A stretch of 64,000 nucleotides of DNA from the NCBI GenBank assembly GCA_951406725.2, contig OX597814.1:191456001-191520000 (forward strand), read 5' to 3'. Position numbers and translations under genes: made by a program. The notes under the pieces are model-generated. The model was given only the letters and a program-made list of their open reading frames with translations. It was not told the origin of the DNA and made no database searches. This DNA comes from Octopus vulgaris. Taxonomy: Eukaryota. Below, in pieces: positions 10,199-23,950 of this stretch. Position 1 is the stretch's first letter, and each line of letters starts with the position of its first letter.

Positions 10199-13100
10199 TT
10201 ATCTTGATAACCATAGGTACTATGAAAAAATACAAAGCCCAGCAACACCATCGGATCATTCTACACATCTGTGTAATTTTTCGCACAATTCAACCCAGCC
10301 ATTTGACTGTGAATCCCAAGACAAGAAAGAATCGGCATGTCAAATTTATATGTGTATATATATATATATATATATCTATATCACTGTGATCACCGTGACC
10401 AACCAGGCTATCAGATGTTGCTACACATCGCTGGTCACAATGAGAAGCGCATTGTTTTAGCCTTCAAATGACACCACCTCACTGGCTAAGCGAGCAGGTC
10501 AACAGAAGAAAGAGTGAGAGAAAGTTGTGGCAAAAGAGTATAGCAAGGATCACCACCACCCCCTGCCAGAGCCTCGTGGAGCTTTAGGTGTTTTCGCTCA
10601 ATAAACACTCACAACACCCGGTCTGGGAGTTGAAACCGTGATTCTACAACCGCGAGTCCGCTGCTCTAACCATTGGGCCATTGCGCCGCCAAATATATAT
10701 ATATACATACACGTGTCTTGGTGTCTGTCACCCCACCATCACCTGACAACTGATGTTGGTGTGTTTATGTCCCTGCAACTTAGTGGTTCAGCAAAAGAGA
10801 AAAATAATATAAGTACTAGGCTTACAAAGATTAAGTCCTGGGGTCGATTTCTTCTATTAAAACCCTTTAAGGCCATGCTCCAGCATGGCCACAGTCAAAT
10901 GACTGAAACATGTAAAAGAATAAATAGATAAGTAACACATTTGTCAAAGAGGACAGTATACCAAAGGGTTAAGATGCCAGGCGCTCTAAATGGTGAAGAC
11001 CAATCTTAAGAGGCTGAACTACATGAAGATAATGACAGAGGGCAATGACATGTAAATGATGTGCGGGAGAATAATAACGGTCTATGCAAGTCTGGAAAAA
11101 TGGATGCTAAAAAATATTAATAGCAGTGACAATGAAAGCCTGGTATGTCTGCCTCCCTTCCAGCCATCATGCTTAAGTTGAAGTCTCTATTTACTGCTGC
11201 CTTTCTCTCTCGACGATCACACTCCTCTGTTGTCATCACTATCATCCTCTCTTCCATCACACTTAGGTAATGAGATGACATTACCTGGCATCTATTTCTA
11301 TGCAATTCTTCTCATCATTACAGCTGTTCATCTCTTTCTATTTCTCTTCCACACCTCCACCCCATCACTTCCTCTGCTATCAACACTTGCTGTTTTCGCT
11401 AGAGATATTCTTTTTTTTATTTGTTTCAGTCATTTGACTGTGGCCATGCTGGAGCACCGCCTTTAGTCAAGCAAATTGACCCCAGGACTTATTTTTTTGT
11501 AAGCCTAGTACTTATTCCATCAGTCTCTCTTGCCGAACCGCTAAGTGACGGGGACGTAAACACACTAGCATCAGTTGTCAAGCGATGTTGGGGGCACAAA
11601 CACAGACACACAAACATATACATACACATACATATAGTTTCTGTCTACCAAATCTACTCACAAGGCTTTAGTCGGCCTGAGGCTATATTAGAAGACACTT
11701 GCCCAAGGTACCATGCAGTGGGACTGAATCCGGAACCATGTGGTTGGTAAGCAAGCTACTTACCACACAGCCAACCTATCTATATTTTTTCTTACTTTTG
11801 TAAAATCATAATCTTTTTTTTTTTCTGTATAAATGATTTTTTTTTTCATCCTTATCCAAAATTCTGAAACACCAAATTTTCTTCCATCAATGTATCTTAC
11901 TTAATAATCCCAATATGACAAGACAATTCAAATTTTTGAAAAAAGGAACAAAATATTTGCTTGAATTAAAAATATTTTTCCCCTTCAAATTTCCCTCCCA
12001 AAATTAATGGCCTATAATACATGCAACTGCGTATTACATACAGACAAGTAGGATTGTATATGTGTTAAGCCAACGCAAAAGTTGTCAAGAAATATAACAA
12101 TATTTCCTTTCAGTAATTTGTTCCAATAATGGAGAAATAATTACAAAAATAAAACACAGTAATTGAATTGTCAAGTGCATTAATGACTGCTTCCAATTTC
12201 AATCTACTAATAAATTAAAATGGTCGGTAAACAACGTAAAGATAATATATAATATGAAGAATTTCATACGTCAACAGGAATACTTGGCGTTGTCTTGGAA
12301 ATGGAAAAAAAAAAACAAAAAAAAAAGAACAAAAACAAAACCACAGTTGGTGGATACTTTGATAAATGGTAATTATCGTAATTCTGCATAAATTTATCCT
12401 TTTGAACACAATGTCTATTATTTGTTACAGATATACGTTTCACGTGTTTCGAGAGAGAGAAAGAGAGTATATCATTTATCTTTTACTCCTTTCAGTTATT
12501 GGACTATGGCCATGCTGGGGCATTGTCTTGAAGGGTTTTAGTCAAATCAATTAACAACCTGTACTTATTATGTTAAAGCCTGATTCTTATTCTATCAGTC
12601 TCTTTTGCCAAACTGCTAAGCTACAAGGACGTAAAATAACCAAAACTGGTAAGCAACAGGGTAAACAAACATTACGTTTCACAGAGTGATCTGATTGCTA
12701 AAGGATTAAGCTGGTACTCTCTCTTTTACTTCAGTCATGTGACTGTGGCCATGCTGGAGCACCGCCTTTAGTCAAGCAAATTGACTATGTCAGTTATGAC
12801 AACGAGGGTTCCACTTGATCCAATCAATGAAACAGCCTGCTCGTAAAATTAACGTGCAAGTGGCTGAGCACCCCATAGACATGTGTACCCTTAATGTAGT
12901 TCTGAGGGAGATTTAGCATGACACAAAGTGTGACAATGCTGGCCCCTTTGAAATACAGGTACAGCTCATTTTTGTCAGCTGAGTGGACTGAGACAACATG
13001 AAATTAAGTGTCTTGCTCATGGACACAACTTGTTGCTGAGAACTGAACTCGTGATCTTATGACCATGAGTTGAATACCCTAACCACTAAGCCATGTGTCT

Positions 13101-13324
13101 AATGATGCTAGAGTTGAGCCAGCATCATTAAAAATAAAACATTTTAATACTTAGGTGTAGGAGTGGCTGTGTGGTAAGTAGCTTGTTTACCAACCACATG
13201 GTTCCGGGTTCAGCACCACTGCATGGCACCTTGGGCAAGTGTCTTCTACTATAGCCTCGGGCAGACCAAAGCTTTGTGAGTGAATTTGATAGGCAAAAAC
13301 TGAAAGAAGCCCATTGTATATATG

Positions 13325-13371
<47 letters not shown>

Positions 13372-13609
13372 GTGTGTCTGTGTTTGCCACCCCCCACCCC
13401 CCCCCACACACACACATCACTTGACAACCGATGCTGGTGTGTTTACGTCCCTGTAACTTAGCGGTTCAGCAAAAGAGACCGATAGAATAAGTACTAGACT
13501 GATACTAACCCACCTGATACTGTCCCTGGTTTTATAATACAAGCTTCCTGTTTTGAAGTGATCTAAGTTGAAACTCCAATCAAAATTTTATGTTCATGCG
13601 TATTCCAAG

Positions 13610-14023
13610 TTAAGTCAAATAAGCAAATACAATCATTCATCAACAGATGCTTGCGTAGTGTACTTAAAATTAGATGGCCTGAACACATAAGCAATATGGA
13701 GCTATGGCAAAGAACAAATCAAGTTTCGATTATGGAGCAAATATTTAAGAAAAAGTGGAAGTGGATTGGTAGCACAATTAGAAAAGACACACCAAATGTA
13801 GCGAAAAGTGCTTTACAGTGGAAACCGGATGGATATAGAAAGAGAGGTAGGCCTAAGAACTCGCGGCATAGATCAACACAAAAGGAACTAGAGAAAGAGG
13901 AACATTCATGGATGGAAATTGATCTGCAAAAAAGTACGGAAGCGAAAAATTATGCGACATGGAATTCAACTATAAGTGGCCTATACTCCGCGTTGGAGGG
14001 CTAAAGGCAGGAAGATGAAGGAA
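13610..14023 (+). mobile_element. RTE-clade LINE 3' end, 5'-truncated, with 10-bp TSD
   Basis: CLRSVLKIRWPEHISNMELWQRT...WKWIG..RK....AL.WKPDGYRKRGRPK; TSD gtattccaag at 13600-13609 and 14024-14033. Confidence 0.85.
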
Positions 14024-15553
14024 GTATTCCAAGCACCAGCTTAATAATAGTTTAAAATTTTGGCACAGGGCCAGCAATATTGGTGGTGGGAGAAGATCGA
14101 TTACATTGACCCCAGTGCTTGAGTGATAGTTATTTTATTGACCTCAAAATAATGAAAGGCAAAGTCGACCTTGGAGGAATTTGAACTCAGAACGTAAAGA
14201 CTGATAAAATACCACTAAATCTTTTGCTGAGCGTGCTGATTATTCTACCAGCTCATTGCCTTCAACATCAGCTTAATAGTGTCAATTATTTTACTAAATT
14301 CTTCATTAATTTATTTATTAATAGAAGCAAAGAAGTGTATTTCAACAGAAATACGATAACAAAAAGATTAACTGACTGACATGATTTAACCATATCTCTT
14401 CTAAATGGATTCCATATTCAACCAGTTTTAAGTCTCTAGCACTTAATTATTTCATTCAGATCATGCATGATCTCCAAACAGTTGATTAAAAATTTCATTT
14501 TGTAATATTTTTGCAATAATCAGGATGGAAATTGATCTGCAAAATTAATAAATTCATTCAATTAATTAATTGTGTCACATTTTAATCCAATATTTTCTTA
14601 GCTGTTCTGAAAGTAAATATTTAGTTTTCCTGGCCAACCATTATTGGTGCATTGTTTGAATTAAAACAATATATCAGACTTCAGGGCACATTCAATTTCA
14701 TTAGCAGGAACCGTATTCATCACAGAATTTGATCAATATTTTTTGTGCATTTTGAATCCAGAGAGATTTTTTTATAACTTTCATTGAAATCATAATTGGG
14801 TTTCAATGGCGCTCTTGATAATACTTCAGTATTTGTGTTTCATTTCAAAGTTATGTGACATCATAATCCTTTTAATGTCCAATTTTCTAATGCTGGCATG
14901 GGTCAGATGGTATTCAGTCAGGCAGACTTTCTATGGCCATATGTCTTTCCTACTGCCAATGCTCACCTGTTTCCAAGCAAGGTAATATTTCCTCCTGACT
15001 GGTCATGTTCCCATGGAAGATTGGAAACAAATAACACTGCTTATAATGGAAACACTTGTTTACAACTATCACTCAATGTCAAGACACACAGAGCCATATA
15101 TGCATATTTATGATGGATCTTTCAATTTCCGTCTATCCAATCCTCAAACCAGGCTTTGGTGTTGGCCCATAGCTATTGTAGAAGACACTTGTCCAAGGTG
15201 CTATGAAGTGGGATGGAAATTAAAATCAACAGGTTGGGAAGCAGACATCTTAACCACACAGCTTTGCATCATCATCATCATCATCGTTTAACATCCGTTT
15301 TCCGCGCTAGCATGGGTTGGACGGTTCGACCGGGGTCTGGGAAACCAGGGGCTGCTCCAGGCTCCAGTCTGATCTGGCAGAGTTTCTACGGCTGGATGCC
15401 CTTCCTAACGCCAACCACTCCGCGAGTGTAGTGGGTGCTTTTTACGTGCCACCTGCAGAGGTGCCAGGGGGGGTCCGGCATCGGTCACGATCGGTTGGAG
15501 CTTTTAACGTGCCAGCGGCACGGAAGCCAGCTGGCAACGTTCGGATGCATGTA

Positions 15554-15593
<40 letters not shown>

Positions 15594-17873
15594 TTGTACA
15601 ACTCCAATGATAATGTCCAACAATTTCAATCACAGGGACCCAGCAGCTGATACATTTTTATCCAGGGAGAAATATGGATATTAGCATCTTGTGATTAGTA
15701 ATTAATACATAATATTCTCTATAGAGAAATTTGATGACAAGTGACAAAGTCTTCTTGTGATTTGCTGTGCTGGAGAAGATGCATCAAGCTAAGTGAACCA
15801 TGGTCATTGCCAGTGGCACATAAAAGGTGCCTGCGTCAATGACAGGTAAAAGGCGCTTGTGCCGGTGACATAAATGGTACCTGTGCTGGTGACGTGTAAA
15901 AGGCACCTGTGCAGGTGATCCATAAAAGGTGCTGGTGACGACACTTAAAAGGTACCAGTGCTGATGATGTGTAAACGGGAACCATGTTGGTGACACATAA
16001 AAGGCACTCGTGACAGTGATGTGTAAAAGGAATTTGTGCTGGTGACATGTAAAAGGTACCCATTGCACTCTGTAAAATGGTTGGCATTAACACATTAGCA
16101 CCAATGGTCCTTTTTTTCAAGGACCAGGAGGTTAATTAATGATATTTCTGCAACACCTGTATTTTTCTGAGATATCAGATTGGAGCCTGGTGCAGCTATC
16201 TGGTTCGCCAGTCTTCAGTCAAATCATCCAACCCATGTCAGCATGGAAAGCAGACGTTAAACGATGACGACGATCATTAGTTAGTCATCAAGACTGAAGT
16301 GTCTTTCAAATATTGTAATAAAATTTTTTTTATATATTTAGTATCAGATAAAATTATATAAAAAAAAAGGCTTTTGGTAATAGATTAAGTAAAAAAAAAT
16401 TGGGCACTAATGGATTAAGAAGGGCATCCAGCTGTAGAAACCCTACCAAACAGACAACTGGAGCCTGATGCAGCTCTCTGGCTTACCAGCTCCAGTCAAA
16501 CCATCTAACTCATGCCAGCAAGGAAAACAAACATCAAATGATGATTACAAAGACAGACCATATAATAACCCTTCTTCATACGTGTTCAGTGTTTGTAAGC
16601 TAGCGAGCTGGTAGAATTGTTACTGCGCCAGGAAAAATGCAGCATTTCTTCAAGCTTTAGATTTTGAGTTCAAACGCTGCTGGGGTTGACGGCCATAATT
16701 TGAAACCAGTGTTTTACATGTGTGAGTTAACCGACATGCAACACCGTTCTCATGCAAAAGAACTGCTCTGACACTGACTGTTTACTGCTAAGACACTTTA
16801 ATGCAGTTTGACCTCATTCGCTTTATGAATGATGCAGGCGTTTATCAAATGGTGCAGTGGAATTTACCATGTTCTTAATAAACATGCAATATTATCAACT
16901 TTCTGAAACTAATGTTAGAATTTCATTTGCATATTCCGGAATAGTGACCAATGTTTTAATAGCATCCTGAATAATCATTAGCAAGTTGCACAAATAACAT
17001 AACCAAGATAATTGACTTCTTTGGTGGTGGTGGGGGGGGGTAGTAGAAAAAAAGTTTTTAAAAGATGGCATATTTCTTCAGAACAGATTAAGACAATCTT
17101 TTAACTAATTAAAAACTATTTTTTAATTATTTAAATGTCCTCCATCCGTCAGTTAGACAACAATATCCAAATATGCTGCATACATAGCCCTGTGGTTACA
17201 AAGTTCACTTTGTAATCATGAGATCATGGGCTCAATTCCACTGCACGACACTTTGGGCAGCAAGTGTCTTGTACTAAATGACTCCAGGCTGACCAATGCC
17301 TTGTGAGTGAACATGGTAAGTGGAAAATGTATGAAAGCTCATTATATCATATCATAGCCTCACCTGGCTCCCGTGCCGGTGGCACGTAAAAAGCACCATC
17401 CGATTGTGGCCGTTGCCAGCCTCGCCTGGCCCCCGTGCCACGTAAAAAGCACCATCTGACCGTGGCCGTTTGCCAGCCCCGTCTGGCACATAAAAAGCAT
17501 CCACTACACTCACGGAGTGGTTGGCGTTAAGAAGGGCATCCAGCCGTAGAAACATTGCCAGATCAGACTGGGCCTGGTGCAGCCTTCTGGCTTCCCAGAC
17601 CCCAGTTGAACCGTCCAACCCATGCTAGCAGGGAAAGCGGATGCTAAATAATGATATATATACACATATATGCATGCACATTTGTTCTCTCCATCACTTG
17701 ACAACCAGTGCTGGTTTGTTTGTTCCTGTAACTTAGTGGCTCAGCAAAAGAGATTGATAGAATAAGTACCAAACTTCAAAAAAATTTTGGTCAATTAAAC
17801 CCTTCAATGTAGTGCCCCAGCATGGTCACAATCCAATGATTAAAATAAGGAAAAGATAATACTTTATTTCACA

Positions 17874-18212
17874 CTAGCACTATGACCTGGCAACGCCGGG
17901 TCATAGTGCTAGTGCATGCGTGCGCACATACACGCGAATACTGTCCAAATCTTCAACCAATCACATACAGCTAGCTGGCATTCAATTGGCGTATCATGTT
18001 TCAGGTATTTTGATTGGGTTTTGGATAGAAAATTCACAAAAAACCACTTCTATTGATTGTTTAATGGCTTTGTGGGGTGACTGGAGAAATGTAAAGATGT
18101 GCACGACCACCCTTGGACAGTTTTGAATGACCATAGAAAGTGCGAGAACTGAAAAATTGTGGATTTGTATAAAGGACACACACAGACATTTTGCTGTTTA
18201 TATATATAGCGA
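17874..18212 (-). mobile_element. Non-autonomous Helitron with extended terminal palindrome
   Basis: 5' a|TC..TATATA, 3' CTAG|t; 43-bp palindrome at 17872-17914. Confidence 0.65.
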
Positions 18213-19669
18213 TAAAGACAAAAGTTTCCCATTCATCATGATTGACCAGTTTTCCTGTGGAAGTATTTCTTGAAATAACTGACCAATTTAACAGTAATTA
18301 GAAAGATCTTTGTCAAGTTCTTCAGGTCTAAATAGATGGCTTATTAGTTCAGTTTCAGGATCATTCCACAATAATAGATATGATTTTTATTTATGATTTT
18401 TAACTTTGTATATTTTGAAAAATGCATTTGGAGTTGTGCATTTCCTAATTACAACTGCGAGAAAATGTTTTCTACTATAGCTGTGGATAACTCAAAGCAT
18501 TTAAGTGGATCTGTTGGACTGAACTAAAAGTAAGCCCGTTGTGTATGTGTGTGTGTGGGGGTGTACATGTTCAGGTCTCTTTGTCTTGACATTGTACAAA
18601 AGCTGTGAACAAGTGCCTTTGTCATACAAGCAGTGTCTATTTCCAGTCTGCCATGAAAACATGTCTGGCCATGGGAAACATCTTGCGAACTGGTGAGGAT
18701 TAGTGACTGGAAGGGCATCTGGCCATAGAAAATCCTTCTCAACAAATTCTGTTTGACCCATGCAAACATGAAAAAGTGGATGTTATGGTGATGATGATCA
18801 CAGTTGAAATGATGGACAAAATTAGAGGCACAAGCACCAGATATGTTACAGCTAGGCCATGGTCTTAATAATAGCTTTTTATGAACTACAGAAAAAAACT
18901 TTTATTTGTTGTTCCTGCATTTGACGTTGACGACTTTGGTGGATCTGATGTCATTTGAATAAACACTGACCAAGTATAGCAGTTTTAGCCTAGATTTGTG
19001 CTATGTCAACAAGAAAATCAGCAAAATTAATATTACAACGAAGAAATAATTTGCCAAAAATGAAACAATGCAAAGCTGGAAAATATTTCAACAAATATAG
19101 ATATCATCATCAGACACAGTCCCAGAAATTTTTTGAAGGGAGGACACAAAGCCAGAAGGAAATACAATTCCAGGAGAAAAGGGTGTAATAACATTATTTA
19201 GAAAGGGGTACATCTTTTCTTGAGGGGGGGGGGGAGGCATGTGCCCCTCAGGCACCCTTTTGGATCTGCCCTTGATCATCATCGCTTAGTCTGCTTTCCA
19301 TTTTGACATGGTTTGGATGGTTTGACATGGAGCTGGCTAGCAAGGGAGCTGTTGAGACTCCAATTGTCTGTTGAGGCATGGTCCTTATGCTGGCTGGCCT
19401 TTCCTAACGCCAACCACTTAACAGTGTGCAAGGTGCTTTTTATGTACCACTGAGATGGGCATGTTTATACAGCACTGACATGGGTGCATCTATGCAGCAC
19501 TGACATGGGTGTGTCATTGCAGTGCCAGCATGGGTTCCTTTTTAAGTGCTATTTATATATTTGTTGAAATACATAATATAGACGATTACGATGAATAATA
19601 ATTTGGGTGTGGTCACCACGCAACACTTGGAGCAACTCAGAAAATCCAATAGCTGCACAATTTTCAGAT

Positions 19670-20100
19670 ATGGCACGTAAAAAGCACCATCCGATCGTGG
19701 CCGTCGCCAGCCTCGCCTGGCCCCCGTGCCGGTGGCACGTAAAAAGCACCATCCGTCCGTGGCCGTTTGCCAGCCCTGTCTGGCACCTGTGCAGGTGGCA
19801 CGTAAAAAGCACCATCCGTCCGTGGCCGTTTGCCAGCCTTGCCTGGCCCCCGTGCCGGTGGCACGTAAAAAGCACCATCCGTCCGTGGCCGTTTGCCAGC
19901 CCCGTCTGGCACCTGTGCGGGTGGCACGTAAAAAGCACCCACTACACTCATGGAGTAGTTAGCGTTAGGAAGGGCATCCAGCCGTAGAAACACTGCCAGA
20001 TCAGACTGGGCCTGATGCAGCCTTCTGGCTTCCCAGAACCCAGCTGAACCGTCAAACCCATGCTAGCATGGAAAGCGGACGCTAAATGATGATGATGATG
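19670..20100 (+). mobile_element. (GAT)n-tailed retroposon, family E, with internal ~61-bp tandem array (more than 10 copies, e.g. 780-947, 6565-6742, 15265-15535, 17355-17655, 38988-39300, 40966-41475, 49680-49945, 50170-50322, 60945-61095)
   Basis: Shared gttggcgttaggaagggcatccagctgtagaaac...aacccatgctagcatggaaagcggacgttaaacgatgatgatg. Confidence 0.8.
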
Positions 20101-20689
20101 ACTAGTGTGCTGCGGTTTCAATCAGAGTAAATTCTACCAAAAGTCAGTATTCATATCTAGAATACGACAGCCAACAAAGAAACACGTTGCAGTTGTCTTG
20201 TTGCAAGTACACAAAAAAGTGTTGATCGCCAACATTATCCAGTACCATTCATTTAGCTGTACAGCAATTTATTTATAGACGGATGCACATCACACACGTG
20301 CCACAGGTGCACATGAAATATGTACATTAGCTGAGTACGAGACCGTCGTGTCAAGAATGCCTTGCGGCATTTGTTCTGGCTCTCTGCGCTCTGAGTTCAA
20401 ATACCTGACTTCCAGCTCTCCGGCATCAATAATTGAAAAACCAGTCAAGTGGGATCGATTCTTCTCTCAGAGTCGGTTATGTAGCGCCGTGAGAAAGATT
20501 CATGGGAGATTGCTCAATGCATTCATTTCTGCAGAAATGGAAATGAGTTGAGTGACGAGCTAGCCAGCTTATAGGAAAACTGGAATAATTCAAGGTTGGC
20601 TCGATGTGTTGTCATGCAGCACAGAAATAAAAGATACTCGTGTGTGCATTAAATGTACACATATGCATATATCATGTGGTGTGTGTTTG

Positions 20690-20932
20690 TGTATGTATAT
20701 GTGTATATTATATATATATATATATATATATAATACCATACATATAAGTACATATATATAAATGGAGACTGTGTGCATGTATACATGCATACATACATAT
20801 ATATACATACATACAAATACATATATATATACATATATATATACATATATATACATATATATATACATATATATACATATATATATACATATATATACAT
20901 ATATATATACATATATATACATATATATATAC

Positions 20933-21023
<91 letters not shown>

Positions 21024-21110
21024 CATACATATATATATATATACATATATATATATACATACAAGTACATATACACATACACATGTGCATTTACACATAC
21101 ACGCACATAT
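20690..21110. repeat. (TA)n/(TACA)n compound microsatellite (similar tract at 47095-47400)
   Basis: Directly visible. Confidence 0.95.
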
Positions 21111-22105
21111 CCACATGCATTCATTATTATCGTCACAAATCCCTGCTTTCTAATTAATTTGAAAATTAATAATTAGAAGCAGACAATTGTGACCTGTAAA
21201 AAAAAAAAACACAGCAATTACCATATTGCCATAATTTTACAATATTAGCTTCTCTTAGCCTTACAGTATTTTCAAAATTGTTTTTGCTAATGGTCTTAGA
21301 TGACCTATTGTGGTCTTCACGGCGAATTTAACCATATTTAGCAATTATTTCTCTCTGGCATTATTGACAGTCTATGTTTATTTTTAACCATGTATAATAG
21401 CCACAATATATCGATTTGTTATAACTCTACAATACATGAACCACATAAATTACCATTTAAAAAATTTAGCTTAATAGTTTGAATGTGACGAAGCTTCTTT
21501 TTTTCCTTTGGGTTTTCTGGCATCTCGTTTCTTTCAAAATTAGAACATTTAATAAACCAACGTAGCTACGTAACAGAAAAGAGGGAGTTCACTGAAATGG
21601 ATGATGTAACGAATTTAGGGTTCAATTAAAACGTCTCAGATTTATATATACATACACAGTTTAGCGGTTTATTAGGGGTTGTCATACAACTTCAGATTAT
21701 TTCCGTCCGATTAGTCACACACTGCTCAATAATATATATAAACAACCCTTCTATGTTCTCTTTTCCTGACTTAATAAATACGTATTGTGTAGACAGAGGG
21801 AAAATGCATTAATACAGAAAAGAGTAGTCATAATATACTGGGAACGGAAAACTTCCTTAATGGAAGGTGTGCCACGTTGGGCAAGTGTCTTCTACTATAG
21901 CCTCAGGCCGACCAAAGCCTTGTGCGTGGATTTGGTAGACGGAAACTGAAAGAAGCCCGTCGTGTATATATATATATATATATATAGAAAGCGCTAATCC
22001 GAATGATATGATCTGAATGATATGATATATATGTAAAAAATGTAATATATAAATAAATATCTATAAATATGAACCATCCGATCTGATTACCTCATTTTTT
22101 CTAAT

Positions 22106-22161
<56 letters not shown>

Positions 22162-23150
22162 CATACATACGTGTGTGTTTGTATTTGGGTAAATTTGGAC
22201 AAGAATACCCGCACGTGGTTTACCTGTATTTGTGTGTGTGTGTGTGTTTGTCCCCATCACCATCGCTTGACAACCGATGTTAGTGTGTTTACGTCCCCAG
22301 GAACTTAGAGGTTCGGTAAAAGATACCGATAGAATAAGTACTAGACTTACATAAGAATAAGTCCTGGGGTCGATTTGCTCGACTAAAGGCGGTGCCCCAG
22401 CATGACCGCAGTCAAGTGACTGAAACAAATAAGAGAATATACACACGCACACACACACATACAGCTTTTTTTAAGTGGAAGCATGAAGTCCAAGTTAGCT
22501 TATTATCAATAAATTTTACTGTACGCAATGTAGAGGCTCACCACCAGTTTCAACAAGTTGATCAACAACAAATAAAGCACACACACACATTACGCTCGTG
22601 TACACAATTCAACTGAGTGCAAGAATACCTAACTATGAGGCTTGGCTGTGAAAAAACATTATGGAAGTACGAAGTTTTATGCGAGTACCCGTCGTATTAA
22701 TAATATATATACAGCTTGTAACATTCGGAAGATAGTACAGTACTTTGAAAACCAATGATAATTATGTAGAATTAGTATATTTAATGTGAGGAAGAAAATA
22801 AGAAACTTTATATAATAGATTTTTAAAAATTAAGGTCTTCAAAAGAACAAAATATTTGAGCAAGAGTTTTTTAAATATTTGAAGATATTTTCTTGTTTAC
22901 AGAAGGTAAGGATCTTTTCTAAAGGCCTTCTTTTAGAAAAGATCTGAAGGTAATGCTGAATGAGTTAAATGAATCACAAAGGTAATACAGAATTAATTAA
23001 ATGTAATTTGACGGTTAGTAATTAAAAATTAAAATAATGATCGGCATTTAATAGTAGCATCTTCACAGTTTAAGACGAAACAAATACAAATCGTTCAGAA
23101 AACCGTGCTTTGGTTTAGATCGCTTCAGAAGAGAATAAATGAAAATTTAC

Positions 23151-23950
23151 CAGATATACTGCTAAAGCTGTTGTCTTAAAGACTTCGATAGTCATTTAGA
23201 TATAGATTTTATTTCTGAACAAATAAATGGTGTTAGACGACAAGAATGTATGTAATTCAATGTGTTGAAGAGAGGCAGTGGTACAGAAAAGTTACATAAA
23301 CATCAGTTAAAAAAAAAATATATACACCTTTAAAAGTCAATGCAACTGAATGTTGTTTAAACAATTTACAACCCTCAATTCAGAATCAGTGATAATAATA
23401 AAAGGCTTCTTCTTTTTTTAAATGCTAACTTTTTTCTGAACGGTAAGGAAGGTTGAAAAAACAAAACCTAATTAATTACGGATCAGTAAATCGCAGTCAA
23501 TAGAAGCAATATGTCTTACATAATTAGAGCTGTTCTTAATTCAATTCTGCCAAGTTGTTTATTTAAGATAGGGATTTCTAAATTACATTTCGGATTCGTG
23601 TAATAAAACTGTAATTAAAAACCAATAAACACGTTTGTCCCTTTTTCTTTTGCTACAAAGATTTTTTTGCGTTGAGTTGTTAGGATTAAATTCGGTAAAA
23701 ATATTAATAGAGAAAACAAAATCAAAGCGTAAAGCAGTTAATGTTTAAAAGGTAGAACAAAATAGAATGTTTGGTCAGTATTAAGCACAAGGAAATATTT
23801 AGAAATGAGGAGAAATAACTCACTGTTTGGAAGTTTAAAGGGAATTTCCTGCCATAATAAGTTGACGACTGCTGAAACACACGGCAGAGCACGTGGTAAA
23901 TGAAATGGAGACGATGAACAGGAATCGTCCCACTTTTCGGCAAGTCACAA
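23151..23950 (-). other. Candidate minus-strand 5' exons (about 23824-23950 and 23151-23214) of TEX10 or of a separate transcript
   Basis: CpG-retaining unique DNA; donor ACA|gtgagt at 23824; acceptor tttgttcag before 23214; donor CTG|gtaaat at 23151. Confidence 0.3.

Noticed and set aside
14674-14723. Minus-strand GTGATGA...CTGA box C/D snoRNA-like pattern
   Set aside because: Only about 50 nt from box C to D, weak terminal stem and no rRNA or snRNA complement I could recognise.
16690-19060. Possible additional minus-strand exons in unique patches near 16.9 kb and 18.9 kb
   Set aside because: Short frames with stops, no recognisable homology and no consistent splice phases.
20590-21157. 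Tyr/Ile-rich ORFs (also 7938-8304 and 46976-47521)
   Set aside because: (TA)n microsatellite translations.
22890-22911. ttacag-AAG-gtaagg 3-nt microexon-like signal
   Set aside because: No plus-strand host gene supported at this position; expected by chance.
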